Below, piece after piece: positions 47,533 to 58,618 of a stretch of 64,000 nucleotides of DNA. Each line of letters opens with the position of its first letter. Within the stretch, counting starts at the first letter, position 1. Source of the stretch: an uncultured bacterium (GTDB lineage Bacteria > Verrucomicrobiota > Kiritimatiellia > CAIKKV01 > CAITUY01); assembly GCA_903958395.1 (NCBI GenBank), contig CAJBSZ010000008.1, forward strand, positions 2,394 through 66,393. Direction: 5' to 3'. Below the pieces are notes generated by a model. That model saw only the letters and a list, made by a program, of their open reading frames with translations. It was not told the DNA's origin and searched no databases. The position numbers and the translations under genes are program-made.

Positions 47533-47954
47533 AGGCCCCCGCCAAGGTGCTTGGAAAACACCGCATCATGGCCGAGATCAACATGATCCCGTTCATTGAT
47601 GTGGCGCTGGTGTTGTTGCTGATCTTTATGATCATGACGCCCCTGCTGGTGCAGTCACAACTCAAGATCAATCTTCCCGGCATCAAAAAAGTCGAGTCTG
47701 ATCAGCCACGCAAACAGACCCTCACCGTCCAGGTGGACCGTGCGGGAACAGCCTATCTCAGCGGTATGCCCGTGGCGCCTGATTTGCTGGAAGGCCGGCT
47801 TCGTCAGTTGTTGACCGATCCCGAACATCAGCCCGTTATCGTGGAGGCCGATAAGGATGTCCCGTTCCAGCATGTGGTGACCGTGATGGATACTGCCAAG
47901 CGGATCGGGGCAACAAAGCTGGCCGTCTCCGTCAAGAAGCAAGGGTCGAAATAG
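47529..47954 (+). CDS. ExbD/TolR-family protein (second motor)
   Basis: INMIPFIDVALVLLLIFMIMTP. ATGA overlap with the upstream gene. Confidence 0.75.
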   Translation: MKAPAKVLGKHRIMAEINMIPFIDVALVLLLIFMIMTPLLVQSQLKINLPGIKKVESDQPRKQTLTVQVDRAGTAYLSGMPVAPDLLEGRLRQLLTDPEHQPVIVEADKDVPFQHVVTVMDTAKRIGATKLAVSVKKQGSK

Positions 47955-47962
47955 GAAGTTGT

Positions 47963-48027
47963 TAAGTTGATCGGTTGTTGAGTTGTTGGTATTCCTCAAC
48001 AACTTAACAATTCAGCAACTGGATAAC
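47963..48027. terminator. Extended hairpin in convergent intergenic region (gttgttgag-N12-ctcaacaac plus outer ttgttaag/cttaacaa arms)
   Basis: A perfect 9-bp inverted repeat plus a second 8-bp arm separated by a small bulge. Lies between the stop codons of the convergent genes at 47954 (+) and 48034 (-). Confidence 0.3.
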
Positions 48028-48033
48028 GGGTTG

Positions 48034-49353
48034 TTATTCCGCGAAGACATACAGGATCATCTTCTGTCTGAGCGCGGGGGCGACGAAGTCCCGGAGGGTT
48101 CCGTAGCGCAGTTTTGCGGGCGCAAAAATCAACAGGACGGAGGGAGCCTCTTTCCGTGTCTTTAAGGCGGGCTCCAGGGCGGCTGGCGCAGGGATCGGGA
48201 TGCGGGTTTCATGAAACACCGGGGCGGAGTCGTCGCCTTTCCATTCGGATTCCACCAGGATCAGTTCCCCGGTCGTGACGCCTTCCCTTGTGCCCAGATG
48301 AAGTTCGGCAACCTTGTCGAAACGATCTTCCCGCTTCCTGAATTTTTCATTGGGCAGGAACGCCCTGAAATAGGGATGTCCGGGAGGAGGCGGCTCGACA
48401 CGAATGCCGCGCTCATTGTCGAGGGAATCCAGGAGGTGGGCGAGGGGCTGAACGTCATGGAGGGGGAGAGCCTCGTCGGGGGTCAGCGTTACGAAAGCAT
48501 CCCGATCAGTGGTTGAATAACGGGATAGGGCCGCCAGCATACCGTTCCGTGATCGATTGGTGTTGAGGGCGTGTTCCTGGCTGTCCAGCAGGGTGTAGGC
48601 CAGGTTGGTGCCATCGGGTGCGACCAGCAGGGAGAGATCGAAGCGGTGGGGAAGGGTGTCCCGGTAGAATGGCTCAAGGGTAATTTCGACAAGGTGGTTG
48701 GTGGGAAGCACATGATCCGGGTTGGGGATCTGGAAGGTATAGACCTCTTGCTTCGGAGCGGTGCGGGGGACATCCAGGACGGAGTAGCCCTCGTTGTAAA
48801 TCGAAGCAATGCTGCCGGGGCCGTAGGCGTCTGCGGCATAGACCCTGCCGGTGGGCGGGTCGCCTGCGGAAACCCACTCTGATCCGGTGAAGACCAGGCC
48901 GGTTTCCGGCAGGGTTTTTCCGGATCGGGTGTCTTGAATCAGGTGTTCGAAGGGAAGGTGAAAGATCGAGCCGGTCGGGGACTGGGTGTCTGCACTATGA
49001 AAAACCATTTTAACACGGTCCCCTTTGGGCCAGAACCGGAGTTGGGACGGATCGACGCCCCGGCCGGGCTCCAGGCCGATGAATCGGAGCGATTCATGGA
49101 TATCGAGCGCGGAGGCTTGTGAAACGGCGAGCGCCTCATAATCCTTTCCGCTTTCCCGGGTGACCAGGGGGAACTCCACAGGGTCAGTGGCTTTCAGGGC
49201 TGTGGTTGTTGCGGCGATGCGGACGATCTGTCCTGTCCGATCAGCTATTAATCCGGGACGGACGAAGAAGTTGGACTGGGCTTCGCAGAGGGAGAATCCC
49301 ATGAACAGGGTAAGGCCTGTCACTCCGGCAGTGATGTGGGTAATAAGTTTCAT
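48034..49353 (-). CDS. Secreted hypothetical protein (about 440 aa)
   Basis: Signal peptide MKLITHITAGVTGLTLFMGFSLCEAQS at M48 of the listed ORF. No recognised domain. Confidence 0.5.
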   Translation of the reverse strand: MKLITHITAGVTGLTLFMGFSLCEAQSNFFVRPGLIADRTGQIVRIAATTTALKATDPVEFPLVTRESGKDYEALAVSQASALDIHESLRFIGLEPGRGVDPSQLRFWPKGDRVKMVFHSADTQSPTGSIFHLPFEHLIQDTRSGKTLPETGLVFTGSEWVSAGDPPTGRVYAADAYGPGSIASIYNEGYSVLDVPRTAPKQEVYTFQIPNPDHVLPTNHLVEITLEPFYRDTLPHRFDLSLLVAPDGTNLAYTLLDSQEHALNTNRSRNGMLAALSRYSTTDRDAFVTLTPDEALPLHDVQPLAHLLDSLDNERGIRVEPPPPGHPYFRAFLPNEKFRKREDRFDKVAELHLGTREGVTTGELILVESEWKGDDSAPVFHETRIPIPAPAALEPALKTRKEAPSVLLIFAPAKLRYGTLRDFVAPALRQKMILYVFAE

Positions 49354-49450
49354 AAGACAGTGAATCCTATCACGGGAACCTGTTTGGGAACAGGATTGAC
49401 TTCTTTTCTTCCAATAAAGTAATATTTCACCTCTTAAAAGGAGTAAAACC

Positions 49451-50113
49451 ATGGCGTTTAGACCAGAAATTATGCCGTTTCTCATGATTGCCATAGCCTT
49501 GGGGGCTATTCTCGTTGGGGCGTTACGGCTGGGGCGTGTTTCCTGGCGTAAGACCTGGGCCTTCAGTGGAATTCTGACGGTGATTCTGATTGGCTACCTG
49601 TTGGTCTTTTTCCGGGATCCTGTCAGGGTGCCCTCTCCGGATCCGGCAGATATCATGGCGGGCGCCGAGGGGAAGATTATGTCGGTTGTGGAGGTGGACG
49701 AGCCTGAGTTTTTGAAGACCAAGGCCGTTAAGATCAGTATTTTCCTCAGCCTGATTGATGTGCATGTGAACCGGGCTCCGATTTCCGGAAAAGTGGAGCA
49801 TGCCCAGTATTATCCCGGGGCGCGGTATTTCACGTTTGAGGAAAAGTCCTCCGAATTGAACCAGCACAGTTCGATTGTGATCCGGGGTGAGAAGACCACC
49901 TGCCTGGTCAAACAGATTGTTGGCCCTGTGGCGCGCCGGGTGGTGTACTGGGTGGAGCCTGGCCAGGAAATCAAGAAGGGGGATTCCATTGGCATGATGA
50001 AGTTCGGGTCCCGCCTTGACATGATTTTTCCAAGGGCTGACGTGGAGGTTCTCGTGAAAAAGGGCGACAAGGTTCGCGCCGGGGAAACCGTCGTGGCCCG
50101 CCTGAGGAATTAA
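49451..50113 (+). CDS. psd: Phosphatidylserine decarboxylase (short archaeal-type proenzyme)
   Basis: FFRDPVRVPSPDP...ISIFLSLIDVHVNRAPISGKV...GSRLDMIFP, with the GS self-cleavage region. 220 aa. Confidence 0.8.
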   Translation: MAFRPEIMPFLMIAIALGAILVGALRLGRVSWRKTWAFSGILTVILIGYLLVFFRDPVRVPSPDPADIMAGAEGKIMSVVEVDEPEFLKTKAVKISIFLSLIDVHVNRAPISGKVEHAQYYPGARYFTFEEKSSELNQHSSIVIRGEKTTCLVKQIVGPVARRVVYWVEPGQEIKKGDSIGMMKFGSRLDMIFPRADVEVLVKKGDKVRAGETVVARLRN

Positions 50114-50117
50114 TATA

Positions 50118-50906
50118 ATGATGAAGTCTGAACTGACCTGGCGACAACTGGTGCCCCTCTCCATCACGCTTACGGCGATGCTGTGCGGCTTTTTCAGCAT
50201 TCTGGTGACGGTGGAGAGCATGAATGAAACGCTGGCCCGGGCAGGGGAGATGCATCGTTGGGCGGCCCTGTTGATCATGCTGGCGATGATTTTGGACGGG
50301 ATTGACGGGAATGTCGCCCGGAAGCTCAAGGGGTGCACCGAGATGGGCGCCGAGTTGGATACTTATGTGGACATGACCGCCTTCGGCATCGCTCCGGCGG
50401 TGTTGATCTACACGGTCATGCTGACGGGATCGGTTCCCCAGGACAATGCCCGGATATTCTGGCGGGTGGCGATGACGGCGGTGGTGGTGCTTTCCGGCGT
50501 GGTCAGACTCGCCCGTTTCAAGGCGAAGGATCCGTCGCGCGGGCAGGGTGGCTATACCGGCCTTCCGATCACCGCTTGTGCGGGCTGGGTGGCCATGCTG
50601 GTGTTCATCAGCCAGAGCGAGCCGTTCGAAAATTACTCCCTGAACAGCGGCTGGGTGGCGGCGATTTTCATTGCCGGGGTTCTGGCCTTCATCAGTCTCC
50701 AAGTCTCCAATGTGCGGTATCCGAAACCCACCAAACACCCCGCCCTGTTCATTCCAATGGTCATCATGGTGGCCGTGCTCTTTGGTCCCCAGAAAATCGC
50801 CCTGCCTGCGGCAGTTTTCATGATTCTTATGGTTCTGGGCTACATCGGCCTCGGCCCCCTTTACATGAAGCATGTCGAGCGTCGGGCAACCCTGGAAGAA
50901 GGCTGA
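50118..50906 (+). CDS. pssA: CDP-alcohol phosphatidyltransferase (phosphatidylserine synthase-like)
   Basis: DGIDGNVARKLKGCTEMGAELDTYVDMTAFGIAP is the D-G-x2-A-R...G-x3-D-x3-D motif. Multi-TM. Confidence 0.8.
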   Translation: MMKSELTWRQLVPLSITLTAMLCGFFSILVTVESMNETLARAGEMHRWAALLIMLAMILDGIDGNVARKLKGCTEMGAELDTYVDMTAFGIAPAVLIYTVMLTGSVPQDNARIFWRVAMTAVVVLSGVVRLARFKAKDPSRGQGGYTGLPITACAGWVAMLVFISQSEPFENYSLNSGWVAAIFIAGVLAFISLQVSNVRYPKPTKHPALFIPMVIMVAVLFGPQKIALPAAVFMILMVLGYIGLGPLYMKHVERRATLEEG

Positions 50907-50912
50907 GTCGCC

Positions 50913-51638
50913 GTGTGTCCTGAGCCCCGACAGGAATTTTCCGAACTTCTGGGCCAGACGGCTGAGTATCTGGCATGGTTAAAGGCGGACGGGGTTTCCC
51001 GGATTGAAGTGGGGCGAGCCCTGTCAAACAGGAAACCGATCCTGTCGAAAGGCGATACCGTGGAGACTGAACTTGCTAAACTGGCCAAGGTGATTTCGGG
51101 CTGTAAAAAGTGTGTCCTGCACAAGGCGAGAACCAACACGGTGCCGGGACAGGGAAACGGAACGCGGCCTGAAATCATGTTCATCGGGGAGGCGCCGGGC
51201 GCCGACGAGGATGAGCAGGGCCTGGCGTTTGTCGGCCGGTCTGGACAACTCCTTGCCAAGATGATCGAAGCCATGGGCTACACGCGTGAAGCGGTGTTCA
51301 TCGCCAATATTGCCAAATGCCGGCCGCCGGATAATCGCCAGCCGACTCCTGAGGAAATGGCAACCTGCATTCCTTATCTGAAGCAGCAAATCGCCCTGAT
51401 TCAGCCCAAAGTGATTGTGGCCCTGGGCGCCACTGCCGTGCTGGGACTCATCAACCAGACGGGGATTTCAAAGTTGCGCGGGACATGGTTTGAGTATGAG
51501 GGAATTCCCCTGATGCCCACTTTTCATCCCGCCTTTATGCTGCGAAATCCGCCGTGTAAAAAAGAAGTCTGGTCTGACCTTCAGGCCGTGTTGAAGCATC
51601 TGGGTCGCACGCCTCCGCCGGTCAAGAAGGCGGACTAA
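50913..51638 (+). CDS. Uracil-DNA glycosylase, family 4
   Basis: GCKKCVLHKARTNTVPGQGNGTRPEIMFIGEAPGADED...FVGRSGQLL...HPAFMLRNP. Confidence 0.85.
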   Translation: MCPEPRQEFSELLGQTAEYLAWLKADGVSRIEVGRALSNRKPILSKGDTVETELAKLAKVISGCKKCVLHKARTNTVPGQGNGTRPEIMFIGEAPGADEDEQGLAFVGRSGQLLAKMIEAMGYTREAVFIANIAKCRPPDNRQPTPEEMATCIPYLKQQIALIQPKVIVALGATAVLGLINQTGISKLRGTWFEYEGIPLMPTFHPAFMLRNPPCKKEVWSDLQAVLKHLGRTPPPVKKAD

Positions 51639-51658
51639 TAGGCGTCCGGGTTTCCGTC

Positions 51659-52615
51659 ATGAATACGCTGGCACGAATCACGAGTTTAGACGGCCTACAG
51701 GCCTGGCGCCGCGAGGTGGCGGGCGACAACCCGGTGGCGGTGATCAGGGGGGTATTTGATTTTTTTCATCCGGGCAATCTTTACGCGATCCGGAAGGCCC
51801 GTGAACTTTCCCTGCCCCTGATGGTGTTGGTTGATCCGGATGAGGAGGCGGTTCGGCGCGGTCAACCGGGATATCCCCAGAATCATCTTGAAACCAGGGT
51901 GGAGATGGTTTCCCACCTGCGAGGCGTGTCGGCGGTAGCCGCCCTGACGCGGGATGAGGTGGAGGAGGGTCTGACCGGCTTGGCGCCGTTCGTCTGGATT
52001 ACAGTTCAGGGTCATTCGCAAGAGAACTCCATTGGCGGAATGCTGGCGGCAAAGGCTTCCCGGGTTGAGGAATTCGTACCGTTGGCGGGGTGTTTCAGCG
52101 GGGATATCATCCGGGCGATGGACGCCAATCGGACGCCCCTTGTTCTGCCCCCGGGGTGGGATGCGGCGTCGGTGTATGGAAAAGCTAAGCCCTTCAAGCA
52201 GGGGATGAAACGTGTCACTGTGAACGGGTGTTTCGATGTGCTTCATGTCGGGCATCTTCGATTTCTGGCCGAGGCCAGGAGCCTGGGCGACTTCCTGACT
52301 GTCCTGATTAATAATGACGACTCGGTTGCCCGTTACAAGGGTGCCACGCGGCCTGTTTTTCCGGGGCGGTTCAGGGCGGTAGCGCTTCAGGCGCTGGTTT
52401 CAGTGGATGAGGTTCTGGCATTTCCCGGGGACAATCCCCTGGACGAAATCCGGCAGTTGCGCCCGGCCCTCCATGTCAAGGGTGGCTCCTATGAACCCGA
52501 ACGGGTCCGGCAGGAGCGTGAGTTGGTTGAAAGCTGGGGCGGGCAGTTGGTGTGTACTCCCATGGTGGATGGTTTCAGCACAACGAATTTCATTCAAAAG
52601 GTACTCAACCGGTAA
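51659..52615 (+). CDS. Tandem cytidylyltransferase-fold protein: degenerate N-terminal copy plus RfaE-domain-II-like (heptose-1-phosphate adenylyltransferase-like) C-terminal copy
   Basis: C-terminal half VTVNGCFDVLHVGHLRFLAEARSLGDFLTVLINNDDSVARYKGATRPV...VKGGSY matches HldE domain II. N-terminal half GVFDFFHPGNLYAIRKAREL has the same fold signature but HxGH is degenerate (HPGN). Confidence 0.7.
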   Translation: MNTLARITSLDGLQAWRREVAGDNPVAVIRGVFDFFHPGNLYAIRKARELSLPLMVLVDPDEEAVRRGQPGYPQNHLETRVEMVSHLRGVSAVAALTRDEVEEGLTGLAPFVWITVQGHSQENSIGGMLAAKASRVEEFVPLAGCFSGDIIRAMDANRTPLVLPPGWDAASVYGKAKPFKQGMKRVTVNGCFDVLHVGHLRFLAEARSLGDFLTVLINNDDSVARYKGATRPVFPGRFRAVALQALVSVDEVLAFPGDNPLDEIRQLRPALHVKGGSYEPERVRQERELVESWGGQLVCTPMVDGFSTTNFIQKVLNR

Positions 52616-52636
52616 AAATATGTTAGAATTCAAGCC

Positions 52637-53041
52637 ATGAAGGAAGAGAACAAAGAGATAGCCCCGGCCGACCTTGTTGAGATGGATTTTCTTGAGAAGG
52701 TGATGGTTCGTCTTCCCCGGGATGTGGATGTCCTGGAGGCGCTGGGCGATCTCTACACCCGTGTGGGTCGCTATGAGGATGGTTTGAAAGTGGATCAAAA
52801 ACTGACCACGCTTGAACCCGATGACATGACGATCTGGTATAATCTGGCGTGCAGTCTGGCGGTGTTGAACCGGCGTGAGCCGGCTCTTCAGGCGCTTCGG
52901 CACGCGATTAAACTCGGGTATTCCGATTACGAGTGGATGAGCCGGGATCGGGATTTGGATTCCCTTCGGAACGACCGTGAATTCAAGACGCTGCTCAAAA
53001 GGATTGCCAATCCCGTGACGAAGAGCGCTCCGGATTTTTAA
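52637..53041 (+). CDS. Small TPR-repeat protein
   Basis: ALGDLYTRVGRYEDGLKVDQKLTTLEPDDMTIWYNLACSLAVLNRREPALQAL is a TPR pair pattern. Confidence 0.55.
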   Translation: MKEENKEIAPADLVEMDFLEKVMVRLPRDVDVLEALGDLYTRVGRYEDGLKVDQKLTTLEPDDMTIWYNLACSLAVLNRREPALQALRHAIKLGYSDYEWMSRDRDLDSLRNDREFKTLLKRIANPVTKSAPDF

Positions 53042-53056
53042 ACGGAGAATGGATCT

Positions 53057-55671
<2,615 letters not shown>

Positions 55672-55675
<4 letters not shown>

Positions 55676-55899
55676 AACTTATTCGAGTTCCGGCTGAAGC
55701 CTGCGAACACAAGGGCAAAAAATCCAACAAACAGCAGGATGGCACCCATATGAGCCGCGATCATCAGTAGCGGATGAGCCGTCTGGAAGGCCGAGAGGAC
55801 TCCCGATTTTTCACCAAAGGACTGAGCGGCCTCTGCTGCGTGAAAAGTGCTCACGCTAAAACCGGTTAGTAGAAGTCCTCTGGCATTCCTTGTTTTCAT
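55672..55899 (-). CDS. Possible small membrane protein (75 aa) in the clpB-downstream gap
   Basis: [75 protein letters not shown] has one hydrophobic helix. Weak RBS. It is the only ORF in an otherwise non-coding region of about 360 bp. Confidence 0.25.
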
Positions 55900-56065
55900 G
55901 GTGGAAAGAATGCCTGATTGTGGATAGGGAAACAATCGGGGAAACCCTGATTGTGAGTCGGGGTTTTTCTGATCCTCAAAACGGGTGACTTCGCGATTGC
56001 TCAGTGAAAAACCCCTTGCGGCAAAGGGGTGAAGTGTGAAATGGTTACTTTTTGATGGGGGTAAA

Positions 56066-58618
56066 ATGACAGCCGATACAAGGGAAACAATCAGTCTGGC
56101 CGGGATCCGGGTTCTCGTAGTCGATGATGATGAGGCCATTCGCCTTCTGGCCCAGCGCGTCCTGGGCTCCTATGGTGGCGCGGTGGAGGTTGCGGAAAAT
56201 GGACGCGTGGCTCTGCAGATCCTCCTGCGGCAGGACTTTGACGTGGTTCTGGTTGACCTGCGAATGCACGAGATGGACGGAATCACCTTTATCCAGGAGG
56301 CCCGGAACATCTGGCCCTGGCTCGGGTTTATCATTCTGACCGGTTTCCTGGATGATGTTTCGGCGGAGCTTTCCACTCGACTGAACATTCATCATATTCT
56401 CGAGAAGCCGATTCGTCCCCGCCCTCTGGCGCAGGGTGTACTTGAGGAATATCGTGAACGGCGCGCCGGAATGGGCGCGGCGGGACCCGGCCTGGAGCAG
56501 CATCAACGCCAATTGCGGATGCTGGGCCAACTGGGCGAGACGGCCCTGGCGTCGGGAACCTTTGTTGAGGCTCTTCAGGAATTGAGCGAGGGCTTGGGCG
56601 AATTGACGTCCTGTGATGTGGCCGGGTTGTTCGGGTTTTCTGAGGGCGAGACAATCGTTGTCTTGAGTGCCCAGAGTTGCGTGTCCGACGCTTTCTTCAA
56701 AACCGCGACCGAGGAAATTGTGGTGCGGTATGAGGCCTTGAGCGGCAAGACCATTGATCGTGGCAATATAAGACTTCAGACTGAGGGAGTGCCCCCGGGG
56801 CCTGACGGGCCTTCGGCTCCGGGGCGGTTGTTGACCATCCCGCTTCTTATTAACAGTGAGGTTCAGGGGGTTCTGCTGTTGGCTGCCGCGAAGGCGGAGA
56901 GCATGGCGGCGGTGGATGTGGCGTTTGTTTATCACATCGCCAATGTGCTCTCCTCAATTCTTTCCGCCGTCACCCGCATCCGCCAGATGGCGGCTCATGA
57001 TTCCCTGACGAAGCTTTACAATCGCGCCTACTTCGAGGAACAGACGGAACAGGCCTGGCAACTGGCGCGCCGGTACAACCACAGCATGGCGGTGGCCATA
57101 ACCGATCTCGATCATTTCAAGGCCGTCAACGATACCCACGGACATTTGGTGGGGGATAAGATTCTTCAGGAGTTTGCCGGGATTCTAACGCAGGTGGCCC
57201 GGACGTCTGATGTGGTCGCCCGATATGGCGGGGATGAGTTTGTCGTTCTGCTTCCCCAGACGGATCTTCCCTCAGGACTCACCCTGGGAAATCGTATCCG
57301 CAAGGCGGTGGATGAGCATTTATTCTGTGCCGATACACTTTGTCTGAAATTGACGGCGTCGGTTGGACTGGCGACCAGTCGTGATATTACGCCCTCCGAT
57401 CATGCTTCCGAAATGCTGCGTCTTGCCGATGTCGCGCTCTATACGGCGAAACGGGAAGGGCGGAACCGGTGTTGCCTGTGGACTCCGGCTGAGGCCAGGG
57501 AAGAGAGAGGGGCGGCCAGCGAGAGCAAGATCAGGGACGACCTGAAGGAGGGGGCTCCTCATACGCCTTGTCTCCTGGTGATCGACGACGATGAGATGAT
57601 TCTCAAGGTACTGAAAAGAGTCCTGGAAAGCGCCGGATACCGTGTTGATACGGCCGGAGGTTCCCAGGAGGCGATTGACAAAGTCCGGCTGAACCCCGGG
57701 CGCTATGATGTTGCCATTACGGATTTAACCATGCCCGGAGTCAGCGGCCTGCACTTGCTGGCGGCGCTCCGCCAGATGGATAGTTTTGTGATGACGGTGG
57801 TAATGACGGGATATGCCACCAAGGAAAACGCGGTGGCGTGTCTCCGGGAGGGGGCTTTTGATTTCATTGAAAAACCGGTGACACCCTCACAACTATTGGC
57901 GGTTATGGAGAAGGTTCTCGAGCACCGCCGGTTGCGCATTGAGAACGAGCGGTACCGGCTGCATCTGGAGGACATGATCCGCCAGAAGAGCGCGGTGCTA
58001 CTGGAGACGATGGAGGCGTTGAAGAGTTCGTACGACTTCACCCTGCAGGCCTTTGTCGGGTTGTTGGACGTGCGGGAGCACAACACGGGACAGCACAGCA
58101 ACCGGGTTCGGGCCCTGTCCCACGCACTGGGCAAGTTGATGAGTCTCTCCCGGAAAGACCTGGATATTCTGGCGCGGGGCGCGCAGTTGCATGATATCGG
58201 AAAGATTTCCGTTCCAGACCGCATCCTGCTCAAGGAGGGTCCCCTGACCGAGGATGAATGGAAGGTGATGAAAACCCATCCTGAAGTCGGGTATACCATT
58301 CTCTCCTCAAGCCCCACCCTCAAGGACGTGGCGGAGGTGGTTCGATCCCATCAGGAGCGGTATGACGGAAGAGGCTATCCCCGCGGCCTGAAAGGCGACG
58401 AGATCTGTCTGGGTGCCCGGATATTCGCCGTGATCGACGCCTATGATGCCATGCGGTCGGACCGGCCTTATCGGCGGTCGATGTCGCCCGACAAGGCGGC
58501 GGCGGAACTCCGGTTCGGACAGGGTACGCATTTTGATCCTGCCGTGGTGGACGCTTTTCTCAGGCATCAGGATCAAATGGAAGTGGTGGGTGGCTGGTCA
58601 CGATGTGGCGCTGAGTGA
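56066..58618 (+). CDS. c-di-GMP signalling protein REC-(sensor)-GGDEF-REC-HD-GYP
   Basis: VLVVDDDEAIRL is REC1. RYGGDEFVVLL is an intact GGDEF. LLVIDDDEMILKVL is REC2. HDIGK...YDGRGYPRGL...YDAMRSDRPY is HD-GYP. The start was moved to M11 because it has a GGGGGT RBS. Confidence 0.8.
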   Translation: MTADTRETISLAGIRVLVVDDDEAIRLLAQRVLGSYGGAVEVAENGRVALQILLRQDFDVVLVDLRMHEMDGITFIQEARNIWPWLGFIILTGFLDDVSAELSTRLNIHHILEKPIRPRPLAQGVLEEYRERRAGMGAAGPGLEQHQRQLRMLGQLGETALASGTFVEALQELSEGLGELTSCDVAGLFGFSEGETIVVLSAQSCVSDAFFKTATEEIVVRYEALSGKTIDRGNIRLQTEGVPPGPDGPSAPGRLLTIPLLINSEVQGVLLLAAAKAESMAAVDVAFVYHIANVLSSILSAVTRIRQMAAHDSLTKLYNRAYFEEQTEQAWQLARRYNHSMAVAITDLDHFKAVNDTHGHLVGDKILQEFAGILTQVARTSDVVARYGGDEFVVLLPQTDLPSGLTLGNRIRKAVDEHLFCADTLCLKLTASVGLATSRDITPSDHASEMLRLADVALYTAKREGRNRCCLWTPAEAREERGAASESKIRDDLKEGAPHTPCLLVIDDDEMILKVLKRVLESAGYRVDTAGGSQEAIDKVRLNPGRYDVAITDLTMPGVSGLHLLAALRQMDSFVMTVVMTGYATKENAVACLREGAFDFIEKPVTPSQLLAVMEKVLEHRRLRIENERYRLHLEDMIRQKSAVLLETMEALKSSYDFTLQAFVGLLDVREHNTGQHSNRVRALSHALGKLMSLSRKDLDILARGAQLHDIGKISVPDRILLKEGPLTEDEWKVMKTHPEVGYTILSSSPTLKDVAEVVRSHQERYDGRGYPRGLKGDEICLGARIFAVIDAYDAMRSDRPYRRSMSPDKAAAELRFGQGTHFDPAVVDAFLRHQDQMEVVGGWSRCGAE

